Shown here piece by piece: positions 26,127 through 34,885 of a stretch of DNA of 64,000 nt. Made by a program: the position numbers and the translations under genes. The notes below the pieces were generated by a model. The model saw nothing but the letters and a program-made list of their open reading frames with translations, was not told the origin of the DNA and did not search any database. The stretch comes from an uncultured bacterium. GTDB lineage: Bacteria > UBA8481. The stretch is from positions 91 through 64,090 of the forward strand of contig CAZJQD010000019.1 in the NCBI GenBank assembly GCA_964548165.1, written 5' to 3'. Positions within the stretch are counted from its first letter, which is position 1. Each line of letters starts with the position of its first letter.

Positions 26127-27997
26127 GCCGCATCCTCCCCGTCGCCCAGCATCTCGCGCAGATGCTCCGCTTCCCAGGCGTCGCGAAGCCAGGAGGATGC
26201 GGCCAGGGCCTCGGCCAGGGGTCCGTCAGCGACCAGCCGGCCATGGTCCAGGACGAGCACGCGGTCGAGCTGGGGCAGGATTCTCAGGCGGTGAGTGATG
26301 AAGATGGTCGTCCGTCCCGCGCGTCGGCGTCGAATGCCCTCGATGATCGCCAACTCCGTGTGCAGGTCGACGGCGGAGAGAATGTCGTCGAGGATAAGGA
26401 TGCCGGGGTCGCCGAGCCAGGCGCGGGCCAGGGAGAGCCGCTGGCGCTGGCCCCCCGAGAGGAGGAGTCCCCGTTCTCCGATGGCGGTCGCGAGCCCTTC
26501 CGGCATCTCCTTGAGGTCGCCGGCGAAGGCGGCGTCCGCGATCGCGGCGTGAAGTGCCGCGTCCTCGACAGGTCCTCCGGCGGCCATGCGCAGGTTCTCG
26601 GCGATAGACCGCGAGAAGAGCGTGGGCGTCTGCGTCGCCAGGTGGACGGTACGAGGACGCCTCGATCCCGGCAGCAACGACGCGTCCAGCGGCCCAAGAA
26701 GCACGCGTCCCTCGGTAGGTGCGCGAAGGCCGGCAATGAGCCTGGCCAGCGTGGTCTTTCCAGATGCCGTCGCCCCGACGACGCCGATCCATTCGCCGGG
26801 AACGATCGTGAGGTTGATGCCCTGGACTGCCGGGATATCGCGCGTCGGGTAGCGATAGGCAACGTCCACGCACGATATCCCGACCGAGACGCCTCCGTCT
26901 GCCGACGCCCTTGCGGCTCCATCCTCGTCCCGCGAAAGCGGGCCTGAATCCGCCTGCCCGCGCCTGGCGCCGGCCTCCGACTCCCTGTCCAGCAGGGGCT
27001 CGAGTCGTCGAGCCGCGGCGAGACCTCGCTGGATGACATTCATGATCCAACCGAGGGCAATCGTGGGCCAGACGAGCTTGGCAAAAAGAAAGATGAAGGT
27101 CGCGATGTCGGCAATGGGAAGCTGATCGTGCAGGCTGTCGAGACTGATGATGGCGCCAGCGGCCAGCATCAGGAAAGCGATACCAACCCAGATGGCGCTG
27201 CCCATCACCCCGATGAAGAACGCCTCCGGCAGGGATCGATTCACCTCCGCGGCATAATGTCTTCCATTCACGCCCGCGAACCGCTCGGCCTGCCACCCCA
27301 GGGCATTGTAGGACTTCAAGACCTCGACGCCGCCCACGGTCTCCTCGACGGCCGCCGAGAGCGTACCCAGGGCCTCCTGCGACTGCCGCGATCGCGCGTG
27401 GGTGATCGCGTTCAATCTCTGGGCCACGAAAACCAGCGGGACAAAGGGCAAGAGGACCGCGGCGGCCAGCTGGGGAACGAGGTACAGCATCGCGACCAGC
27501 GTGGTGGCGTAGGCGAAGACGTTATTCGAGAGCTGGAGAAATCCTGAACCCAGGACCATCCGGATATCGGATACGTCATTGATGATCCTCGAGACCAGGT
27601 CACCGGTGCGGTGCGCGTCCATCTCCTCCTGGGTAAACGAAGCCGTCGCCGCGAACGCGCGCGACCGGAGCTGGCGCTCGATGCGGCGGGCGGCAAGGAA
27701 GGCGCACATCCGGTTCGACCACTTCAGGCCAAAGACCAGGACCGACACCCCGATGAGAAGGAGCGCCAGCACGGTAACGGGCTCGCGGGATACGGCCGCC
27801 TCGACCGCGCGAGCCGTGAGGCGGACCCAGAGGATCTCGCACACGTTCGCCAGGAAGATGAGCGCGAATCCGGCGGCATAAAGCTTCATTTCCGGGCGTC
27901 CGAGATCGAGAAAGAAGCGGGCGGCCTCCCTCAACCCCGGATGCGCATCAACCCCGGCCGTGCCCTTCGCGGATTCGCTGGTCTTCGTCGTGGTCAA
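26123..27997 (-). CDS. ABC exporter, fused permease/ATPase (half-transporter A)
   Basis: ABC_membrane region, Walker A GATASGKTT, signature LSGGQRQ and Walker B ILDDILS. TTG start at 27997, so the start is uncertain. Confidence 0.88.
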   Translation of the reverse strand: MTTTKTSESAKGTAGVDAHPGLREAARFFLDLGRPEMKLYAAGFALIFLANVCEILWVRLTARAVEAAVSREPVTVLALLLIGVSVLVFGLKWSNRMCAFLAARRIERQLRSRAFAATASFTQEEMDAHRTGDLVSRIINDVSDIRMVLGSGFLQLSNNVFAYATTLVAMLYLVPQLAAAVLLPFVPLVFVAQRLNAITHARSRQSQEALGTLSAAVEETVGGVEVLKSYNALGWQAERFAGVNGRHYAAEVNRSLPEAFFIGVMGSAIWVGIAFLMLAAGAIISLDSLHDQLPIADIATFIFLFAKLVWPTIALGWIMNVIQRGLAAARRLEPLLDRESEAGARRGQADSGPLSRDEDGAARASADGGVSVGISCVDVAYRYPTRDIPAVQGINLTIVPGEWIGVVGATASGKTTLARLIAGLRAPTEGRVLLGPLDASLLPGSRRPRTVHLATQTPTLFSRSIAENLRMAAGGPVEDAALHAAIADAAFAGDLKEMPEGLATAIGERGLLLSGGQRQRLSLARAWLGDPGILILDDILSAVDLHTELAIIEGIRRRRAGRTTIFITHRLRILPQLDRVLVLDHGRLVADGPLAEALAASSWLRDAWEAEHLREMLGDGEDAA

Positions 27998-28012
27998 TCC
28001 TGGAAGCTCGGT

Positions 28013-28903
28013 TCAGGAACGCTGTGCGCCCGCGCGTCGCGCGGCCGCCTCGGCCAGGTTCGCCAGGTCGACCTCGCCGCTGAAAACGTACTCCGCGGGC
28101 CCCGTCATGAGGACCTCGTCGTCACTCGTCCACTCGATCCCCAAGGACCCTCCGAGCAGTTCGATGACCACCTTGCGCCCCGTGCGCCCCGTCAACGCGG
28201 CGGCGACCCCGACCGCGCAGGCCCCGCTCCCGCAGGCCCAGGTCTCCCCGGAGCCCCGTTCCCAGGTGCGCTGGCGAAGGCGATCAGAACCGATCACCTC
28301 CACGAACTCGATGTTGGCCCGCTGGGGGAAGACCGGGTGATTTTCCAGCGGCGCGCCGATGGCGGGAAGATCCAGTGCGGAGACCGTGCTGGTGAAGATC
28401 ACGCAGTGCGGATTCCCCATCGAGACGCAGGTCACATTCCACGTGCGGCCGCCTGCGGCCAGCGGAACATTGATGACCGGGTCGCCCGGACCCGACCCGG
28501 ACAGGGTCGTGGGAATTTCGCTCGGGGCAAGACGGGGGCGACCCATGTTCACGCGAAGGAGCACGGCCTTGCCATCCCTCACCTCGGGCACTTCAATCCC
28601 GACCACCCCCGACCGCGTCTCGAGAAGCGCCTTGCGGCCGATGCGCTGGCGGTCGAAGAGATACTTCGCGATGGAGCGCACGCCATTGCCGCACATGGAC
28701 CCCTCGGAGCCGTCGGCATTGAACATGATCATCCGCGCGTCCGCGGCATGCGACGGCGCGATCACGATAAGACCGTCCGCGCCGACACCGAAATGGCGAT
28801 CGGAGACGAGGACGGCCGCCGCGGCCGGGTCCGCGAGGTCCTCCTCCGCCAGGTCGACATAGACATAGTCGTTTCCCGCGCCCTGCAACTTGTGAAACCT
28901 CAT
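28013..28903 (-). CDS. dapF: diaminopimelate epimerase
   Basis: Motifs GAGNDYVYVD, catalytic Cys motifs MCGNG and ACGSGA. GGAGCGAGGG lies upstream of the ATG. Confidence 0.94.
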   Translation of the reverse strand: MRFHKLQGAGNDYVYVDLAEEDLADPAAAAVLVSDRHFGVGADGLIVIAPSHAADARMIMFNADGSEGSMCGNGVRSIAKYLFDRQRIGRKALLETRSGVVGIEVPEVRDGKAVLLRVNMGRPRLAPSEIPTTLSGSGPGDPVINVPLAAGGRTWNVTCVSMGNPHCVIFTSTVSALDLPAIGAPLENHPVFPQRANIEFVEVIGSDRLRQRTWERGSGETWACGSGACAVGVAAALTGRTGRKVVIELLGGSLGIEWTSDDEVLMTGPAEYVFSGEVDLANLAEAAARRAGAQRS

Positions 28904-28970
28904 CCCTCGCTCCTACGGTTGGAAGTCCGAACCTGAATCCGGGAATGATCTGGCCTCACCCGCCTTTACG

Positions 28971-29045
28971 CAATCCCCAATCCACGCGCGACGCTCTCCA
29001 CAATCCACAATCCCCGCGCGAATTTGCCGAGGTGCGACAATCCAC
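28971..29045. promoter_or_regulatory. array of five CAATCC(A/C) heptads in the dapF-tal divergent region
   Basis: CAATCCCCAATCCACGCGCG (28971-28990) and CAATCCACAATCCCCGCGCG (29001-29020) differ only by swapped A/C at two positions. A fifth copy lies at 29038-29044. Confidence 0.5.
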
Positions 29046-29085
29046 CTGTGCGGACTTCGCCGGCGCCTGTAGACTGTCCTGCGCC

Positions 29086-30222
29086 ATGAATGCGCATCCC
29101 GTCCGCGCTCTTGCCGCCCTCGGCCAGAGCCTCTGGTACGATCAACTCAGTCGCTCACTCGTCGCCGACGGCACCCTCCGCCGGCTCATATCCCAGGACG
29201 GCCTGCGCGGCATGACATCCAATCCCGCGATCTTCGAGAAGTCGATCATCGGCGGAGCCGAGTACGGCGAACCCCTCGCCGCCCTGGCCAGCCGCGGCAG
29301 GAACGCGCTGGAGATCTACGAGGAGCTGGCCGTCGGCGACGTTGGATCCGCCGCGGACGAGTTCCGACCGCTGTACGAGGAGACAAAGGCGCTCGATGGA
29401 TATGTCAGCATCGAGGTCAACCCGAAGCTCGCCCACGACACCGCGGGCACGATCGCCGAGGCCCGGCGACTCTGGGCATGGCTCAACCGCCCGAACATCA
29501 TGATCAAGGTGCCGGCCACCGATGCCGGACTGCCTGCCATCGAGACGCTCCTTTCCGAAGGTATCAATGTCAACGTCACGCTCATCTTCTCGATCGCCGT
29601 CCACCGCAAGGTCATGAACGCCTACACGGCGGCGATCCGGAATCGACACGCCGCCGGCCTTCCCGTCGCCTCGCTCTCCTCGGTCGCCAGCTTCTTCGTC
29701 TCGCGCATCGACTCGGCCGTCGACGCTCTCCTGGAAAAATCAGCGAGCCAATCGCCGGACGCCGCACGACTGCTCGCCCTGCGCGGGCGAGCCGCGATCT
29801 GCAACGCGCGCCTCGCCTACCAGGCCTGGAAGGAGCATTTCGCGACCCACGATGTCCGCTCGCTCGGTGCCCGCACCCAACGCCCGCTCTGGGCGTCCAC
29901 GGGCACCAAGAATCCCGCCTACTCCGATGTGCTCTACGTCGACGAGCTCATCGGCGCCGAGACGGTCAACACGGTCCCCCCCGCCACCTTCGATGCTTTC
30001 CGCGACCACGGGACGGCGGCGCTGACGGTCGAGAAGGACATCGAGGACTCTCGCCGCCACTTCGACGAGCTCGCCGCTGCCGGGATCTCCATCGACGAGG
30101 TTACGGATAAGCTGACACGTGACGGCGTCCAGGCCTTCATCGATTCCTTCGACAAGCTCCTGGCCGTCGTCGAGGATCGCCGAAAGGCTTCCATGCGCGC
30201 GAGCGCCAGATCGGACACGTAG
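29086..30222 (+). CDS. tal: transaldolase
   Basis: Begins MNAHPVRALAALGQSLWYDQLSR, with GMTSNPAIFEK and the Schiff-base lysine context IMIKVPAT. ATG 29086 is chosen over the upstream ORF-track start. Confidence 0.93.
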   Translation: MNAHPVRALAALGQSLWYDQLSRSLVADGTLRRLISQDGLRGMTSNPAIFEKSIIGGAEYGEPLAALASRGRNALEIYEELAVGDVGSAADEFRPLYEETKALDGYVSIEVNPKLAHDTAGTIAEARRLWAWLNRPNIMIKVPATDAGLPAIETLLSEGINVNVTLIFSIAVHRKVMNAYTAAIRNRHAAGLPVASLSSVASFFVSRIDSAVDALLEKSASQSPDAARLLALRGRAAICNARLAYQAWKEHFATHDVRSLGARTQRPLWASTGTKNPAYSDVLYVDELIGAETVNTVPPATFDAFRDHGTAALTVEKDIEDSRRHFDELAAAGISIDEVTDKLTRDGVQAFIDSFDKLLAVVEDRRKASMRASARSDT

Positions 30223-30287
30223 GGAACACGAATACACCCTCGGATTCATCGCGGAGGAACTGCCCTGTGGGCACCGGGTTAGAAACC

Positions 30288-30361
30288 TGGAGCGGGTGAA
30301 GGGAATCGAACCCTCGTAGCCAGCTTGGAAGGCTGGAGCTCTACCATTAAGCTACACCCGC
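30288..30361 (-). tRNA. tRNA-Gly (anticodon TCC), CCA encoded
   Basis: The minus strand reads GCGGGTGTAGCTTAATGGTAGAGCTCCAGCCTTCCAAGCTGGCTACGAGGGTTCGATTCCCTTCACCCGCTCCA. It folds as a cloverleaf with anticodon loop CTTCCAA and T-loop GGTTCGATTCC. Confidence 0.93.
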
Positions 30362-30395
30362 GAAAACTTCGTGATGGCGACGCCCGTCGCCGGCT

Positions 30396-30734
30396 TTACC
30401 CTTGGGAAGAGGGGGCCGTGAGGTCGGCAGGAGGCGGCGTGTTGACCAGCTCCTTGAGAATGCGTCCTGGAAGGAACTTGGGAGCCCGTCGCGGTGGGAC
30501 CAATACCGTCCCTCCCGTGGCGATGATCCGGCCGATCTTCGCCTTCCGCTCGACGGCCGAGAACGTTCCGAACTCCCGGATCTCGATCTTGCGGCCGGCC
30601 TCCAGGAGCTCCTTGATCGACTCGATAATGCTGTCGACGATGTGCAGACACTCATGCTTGGGAAGCTTGATCTCCCGCGCCACAACCTCGACGATGTCTT
30701 CCTTGATCACGGCCTGTCGCACCCGCCTTTCCAA
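30396..30734 (-). CDS. HU/IHF-family DNA-binding protein
   Basis: Bac_DNA_binding pattern: IVEVVAREI...SIKELLEAGRKIEIREFGTFSAVERKAKIGR...PPRRAPKF. The start is uncertain, either TTG 30734 or the more likely GTG 30725, which follows GGAAAGG. Confidence 0.85.
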   Translation of the reverse strand: MERRVRQAVIKEDIVEVVAREIKLPKHECLHIVDSIIESIKELLEAGRKIEIREFGTFSAVERKAKIGRIIATGGTVLVPPRRAPKFLPGRILKELVNTPPPADLTAPSSQG

Positions 30735-30802
30735 CGTTGACCGAAGTATATGGCGGGGCGGCGCCCCTAGTAAAGCCCCTATTTCTAAGGGTTTGAGGGT
30801 GA

Positions 30803-30979
30803 CTAGGCGCGAATGTCCAGCTGCCCACCCAGGAGCTCGATCAGAGGAGCCACTCCCTGTTCCGCTTGCTCCATGGCCTCTTTCAATATCTTGACCTGGA
30901 TATCGGAACCAGCCTCGGCCGACGTCAGTGACGTCAGGGCCGATGTCATGCTCGATGAAATCCCATCCATCTGGCTCAT
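30803..30979 (-). CDS. YjfB-like putative motility protein (small)
   Basis: MDGISSSMTSALTSLTSAEAGSDIQVKILKEAMEQAEQGVAPLIELL resembles the YjfB_motility family pattern. The start is ATG 30979 or ATG 30970. Confidence 0.6.
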   Translation of the reverse strand: MSQMDGISSSMTSALTSLTSAEAGSDIQVKILKEAMEQAEQGVAPLIELLGGQLDIRA

Positions 30980-31036
30980 CTCCCGTTCAGCGTCGTCGAA
31001 ACGCGGCCTGGGCCGCACACACGCTCCGCTCTCTCC

Positions 31037-31064
31037 TTATCGACACCGGGCCCCGTGAACTTTA
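31037..31064 (-). promoter_or_regulatory. FliA (sigma-28)-type promoter upstream of the YjfB-like gene
   Basis: The minus strand reads TAAAGTTC-N12-GTCGATAA, against the consensus TAAAGTTT-N11-GCCGATAA (7/8 and 7/8 matches, spacer +1). Confidence 0.55.
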
Positions 31065-31101
31065 GGCATATTTTTGCATTTCGGAGCGGGCGTCCTGGGG
31101 C

Positions 31102-31139
31102 AAAAAAAGAGCGGGCCTGCTCCGCAGCTCGACCCGCTC
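31102..31139 (-). terminator. rho-independent terminator
   Basis: On the minus strand GAGCGGG...CCCGCUC is followed by UUUUUUU (the A7 run at 31102-31108 on the + strand). It lies about 95 nt downstream of the CBM48-MBL gene stop. Confidence 0.75.
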
Positions 31140-31189
31140 AACGGCATGAATTTTATCATGAGGCCAGTGCTCGGAGCACCTGTCCCATA
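31102..31189 (-). ncRNA. candidate ~88-nt small RNA bounded by a sigma-28-like promoter and the intrinsic terminator
   Basis: The predicted transcript has three stem-loops: GUGCU-CCG-AGCAC, CAUGA-UAAAAU-UCAUG, and the terminator. This is prediction only. Confidence 0.25.
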
Positions 31190-31195
31190 GGACAC

Positions 31196-31223
31196 TTATC
31201 GGCAGATAGCGACGCAATCTTGA
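31196..31223 (-). promoter_or_regulatory. sigma-28-like promoter match in the 3' region of the hemA operon
   Basis: The minus strand reads TCAAGATT-N12-GCCGATAA, with a perfect -10 box and a 6/8 match at -35. Confidence 0.35.
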
Positions 31224-31230
31224 ACAGAAC

Positions 31231-32436
31231 TCAGTCGAGCTGCCAGGTCTCTCCCCAGTGAAGGACTTCACCGATCCGGCCCGCGCCGCCCGTCTCGTGG
31301 CCGGCCACGATCGATACTCCGGTGGCATAGGGCTCCCGCCCCCCGCGGATCGGGTGTCCCAGCTCGTTGAGGTGCCCCGCGATATATCGACGGGGCTGCA
31401 GGTGGGCCAGCAGGTTGTGGAACGCTTCGCGCTCCCTCCCCTCCACCGACGGGTTGACCCCTCCCGCCTTCGCCACGAGGAGATCGACCCGCCCGCTGGA
31501 TCGCACACCCTGCGTGTAGTCGTGATCGGTGGTGTGGATGCAACGGTATCCGTCCGGAGACACGATCTCGAGGTATCGGATCACCAGCATTCGCCTTTCG
31601 TCGTAAACATGGGCTCCGCGGTGAAACGTGATGAGCCACCCCTCCCACGAAACCGTGGAATCGACCGGCACGGCCACGACACCTTCCGGAAAGCGCCCCG
31701 CCAGTTCCTCGGGAACGAAGACCGGGGCGCCGCGTGCCAGGAGATGCTTCACGACGAGTGGGTCCAGGTGATCGGGATGGAGGTGAGTAATGCAGAGCGC
31801 ATCCAGCGCTCCGCAGAACTCCTCGATCACGCGGGCTGGAACATCCCAGTACAGGCCCCAGACGGAACGCGTGGTTACCGGGTCCACCGCCAGGCTCCTG
31901 CCCGCCCGCTTGAAGACGTTGCCGTGGCAGTAGACGGCTCCGACCAGCGATGGCGGTCCTTCCCTGAGCTTGCCGGACAGGAGGGAGAGACGTTCCGCGA
32001 AGTGATCCTTCAGGACGCGGCTGTGCGGGGCGGTCGGGAGTTGCAGGATGCCGTCGGCCGCCTTCAGGGCCGCAGCCCTCTGGAGAGCCCCGCTTCCCGG
32101 CGGCGACGCCGCGAGCGTGGCGGCCAGGTCGCGCAACCGGTCGACGCCGGACGCCGAGGTCGTCACCATGAACCGGGAGTTGTAACGATCCTTGTGATCC
32201 TTGCCGTAGTCGGGATTGAGGGGATCAAGAACCCATTCGCCGTCCACGAGAAACTTGTAATCGTAGGAACCCTCCAGCGGCACATCGACGGTCTTTTCCC
32301 AGGATCCGTCCTCGCGGCGCGTCATCGCGCCGCTCACGATGTCCCAGTGGTTGAACGTCCCCAGCACGTTCACTTGCGCGGCCTGGGGAGCAAAAAAGCG
32401 GAAGGTCACCTTGTTCCCCTTGATGCCCGGAACCAT
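31231..32436 (-). CDS. CBM48 (glycogen-binding) domain fused to an MBL-fold metallo-hydrolase
   Basis: The N-terminus KVTFRFFAPQAAQVNVLGTFNHWD...YDYKFLVDGEWVLDPLNP is AMPK-beta/CBM48-like. The C-domain carries ITHLHPDHLD (HxHxDH). ATG 32436 lies 2 nt after the hemA stop. Confidence 0.8.
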   Translation of the reverse strand: MVPGIKGNKVTFRFFAPQAAQVNVLGTFNHWDIVSGAMTRREDGSWEKTVDVPLEGSYDYKFLVDGEWVLDPLNPDYGKDHKDRYNSRFMVTTSASGVDRLRDLAATLAASPPGSGALQRAAALKAADGILQLPTAPHSRVLKDHFAERLSLLSGKLREGPPSLVGAVYCHGNVFKRAGRSLAVDPVTTRSVWGLYWDVPARVIEEFCGALDALCITHLHPDHLDPLVVKHLLARGAPVFVPEELAGRFPEGVVAVPVDSTVSWEGWLITFHRGAHVYDERRMLVIRYLEIVSPDGYRCIHTTDHDYTQGVRSSGRVDLLVAKAGGVNPSVEGREREAFHNLLAHLQPRRYIAGHLNELGHPIRGGREPYATGVSIVAGHETGGAGRIGEVLHWGETWQLD

Positions 32437-32438
32437 CT

Positions 32439-33647
32439 TCACGATCGGTCGCCGGTCGCGACACCGAAGAGCAGGCGATAGGCACGCCGGCGCAAGGCTC
32501 GTTCCACGGGGTCGTCGGTATCGAGCGCGACCCGGGAGAAATGCAGGAAGCGCCGCAACAGGAGCCTCAAGTTGCGCCGCACCAGCGGATCCTCGACGGC
32601 CTGCACCGCCTCCTCCTCCAATCGCATCGCGCGGGCATAAGCCGCGGCCACATCCGGCCTCAGCTCCATGTCCCAGGCGATGCGCTCCCATCGCATGACG
32701 GCATCATCCACTATCCGATCCGCCGCGACGAGCTCTCCCAGGCGCTTCTTGCGGTGCTCATCCGCCAACTGCTCGAAATCGTTGATGTTGTAGACATACA
32801 CATCCCTGACGGCGGCCGCCGCGGGGTCGATATCGCGGGGAACCGCCACGTCGATGAGGAACAGGGGGCTCCCGGGCCGCCCCGCCATGACGCCGGCCAC
32901 CGCCTCTTTCGTGACGACGAAGCCTTCCGCGGCGGTCGCCGAGACCACCACGTCCGCCCGCGCCAACTGCGCACCGAGATCGTCGATGCGGGACCACGTG
33001 GCCTCGAGCTCGGTGGCCAGTTCTTCCGCGCGCCGGCTCGTTCCTGTCGCCAGGATGTGAATGCCGGCGCCGGCTCCCTTGAAGTACTGCGCCATCAAAC
33101 GCGCCATCTCGCCCGCGCCCACCACGAGCACGCGGCGGCCAGCCAGGGACCCGAATATCTTCGCGGCAAGCCTTACCGCGATCGATGCGATGGAGACCGT
33201 TCCCTGGGCCAGGAGCGTCTCCCGGCGCACGCGGCCGCCCGCGCGCCGCGCCTCCACGAAGAGCCTGCGAAGCACCGGGCCGATCGTCCCGGCCTCTATC
33301 GCCGCCTCCTCGCACTCGCGAAACTGGTGGAGGATCTGCGGCTCCCCGACCACCATCGAGTCCATCGAGGCGGCGACGCGGAAGACATGCCGCACGGCCT
33401 CCCTTCCCTCCCGCAACTCGATGTTCAAGCCCGATCGTTGGGTCACATCCGCGTAGTAGGCGCGAACCCGCTCGGGGTGGTCCGGAGCATAGATAGTGGT
33501 CTCATGACGATTGCAGGTCGAGAGCGTGGCGGCCTCGATCCCAACGCCCTCGGCAATCAGCTCCTCGGGCCGGGGCGCGGCGTAGAGCAGCATCTCGCGC
33601 TCCTCGAGCGCGGCCGTGCGATAGGAAAGACCGGCGACAAAGATCAC
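32439..33647 (-). CDS. hemA: glutamyl-tRNA reductase
   Basis: GLSYRTA, catalytic Cys in LSTCNRHE and NADPH motif VLVVGAGEMA. The GTG start overlaps the upstream stop (GTGA). Confidence 0.93.
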   Translation of the reverse strand: MIFVAGLSYRTAALEEREMLLYAAPRPEELIAEGVGIEAATLSTCNRHETTIYAPDHPERVRAYYADVTQRSGLNIELREGREAVRHVFRVAASMDSMVVGEPQILHQFRECEEAAIEAGTIGPVLRRLFVEARRAGGRVRRETLLAQGTVSIASIAVRLAAKIFGSLAGRRVLVVGAGEMARLMAQYFKGAGAGIHILATGTSRRAEELATELEATWSRIDDLGAQLARADVVVSATAAEGFVVTKEAVAGVMAGRPGSPLFLIDVAVPRDIDPAAAAVRDVYVYNINDFEQLADEHRKKRLGELVAADRIVDDAVMRWERIAWDMELRPDVAAAYARAMRLEEEAVQAVEDPLVRRNLRLLLRRFLHFSRVALDTDDPVERALRRRAYRLLFGVATGDRS

Positions 33648-34879
33648 GCCGCCGGGACTCCACGAACGCCGGGCGCGGTAACTCCCACCGCTCGCCCCGC
33701 TCCCGCTGTCACCACGGACTCCAGTCCCATGATCGCGTCAGCGATATCGGCCTCCGTTGTGAACGGGCCGAAGGAGAATCGCAACGCTCCGCTCGGCCAG
33801 GATCCAGCCAGCCGGTGAGCGGCCGGGGCACAATGAAGTCCCGGCCGCACCATCAGCCCGTGGTCCTCCCAGAGCTTCGCCGCGAGTGCCCTGGGATCAC
33901 GCCCCGGGGCGTGAATGGAGACGACCGGAGATCGCATCTCGGCAGACCGTGGTCCCAGGACGGCCAGGAGACCGGCGTGCGCCAGCGGGGCCACGCCGCC
34001 GAGGAATCGCTCCATCAGCGCCAGCTCGTGACGGCGGATGGATTCCACGCCCTGTTCCTCAAGCCATTCCACGCCGGCCAGGAGGCCGGCGATCCCGTGG
34101 GCGTTGTGCGATCCGGATTCGAGCCGATCCGGCCACTCCCCTGGTTGCTCTTCGTCCTCGCTCCGGGATCCGGTCCCTCCCGTCCGCCAGGGCTCGAGCT
34201 GGATCCGCGGCGAGACCAGGAGGGCTCCCGTTCCCTGCGGCCCCTGGAGCGCCTTGTGCCCGGGCACCGCGAGCAGATCAATTCCCAGGCGCTCCATGTC
34301 GATGGGAACGCTACCGGCGGTCTGCGCGGCATCGACCAGGAGCGGAATCTCCCTGGCGCGGGTCACCGCTCCAATCGCCCCCAGATCGTGGATGGCCCCC
34401 AGCACGTTGGACGCATGCTGTACGGCCACCAGGCGGGTCCGCGAGGCCAGCCGAGCATCACGAAGCAGTGCTTCCAACGACGATGCGTCGCAGGTACCGT
34501 CGGCCCGCCCCGGCAATCGCTCCACCACGATTCCGATCTTCCGGACCAGGGCATTCAGAGGACGCATCACGGAGTTGTGCTCGGTCGGGCCGACGATCAC
34601 CCGGTCACCCGGGGCCAGCTCGAGGCCATGAATGGCGATGTTGAGCGCGTCGGTGCAGTTCAGCGTGAAAATGACCCGATTGGGATCCTGGGCCCCCAGG
34701 AGCCCCGCGAGCTTCTGCCGGCACCTATGGATCATCTGGACAGTCCCGACAGCGCGGGGGTAATCGCCGCGGCCAGCAGACGCGCCGAGGCCTACGGCCC
34801 ATTCCTGCATGGCCGACAGAACGGATGGCGGCTTGGGAAATGAGGTGGCCGCATGATCCAGGTATATCTCGCGCCGCAT
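33644..34879 (-). CDS. class V aminotransferase / cysteine desulfurase-family PLP enzyme
   Basis: IYLDHAATSFP..., PLP-lysine context AVPGHKALQGPQGTG. 411 aa. Confidence 0.85.
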   Translation of the reverse strand: MRREIYLDHAATSFPKPPSVLSAMQEWAVGLGASAGRGDYPRAVGTVQMIHRCRQKLAGLLGAQDPNRVIFTLNCTDALNIAIHGLELAPGDRVIVGPTEHNSVMRPLNALVRKIGIVVERLPGRADGTCDASSLEALLRDARLASRTRLVAVQHASNVLGAIHDLGAIGAVTRAREIPLLVDAAQTAGSVPIDMERLGIDLLAVPGHKALQGPQGTGALLVSPRIQLEPWRTGGTGSRSEDEEQPGEWPDRLESGSHNAHGIAGLLAGVEWLEEQGVESIRRHELALMERFLGGVAPLAHAGLLAVLGPRSAEMRSPVVSIHAPGRDPRALAAKLWEDHGLMVRPGLHCAPAAHRLAGSWPSGALRFSFGPFTTEADIADAIMGLESVVTAGAGRAVGVTAPGVRGVPAA

Positions 34880-34885
34880 GCGCCG

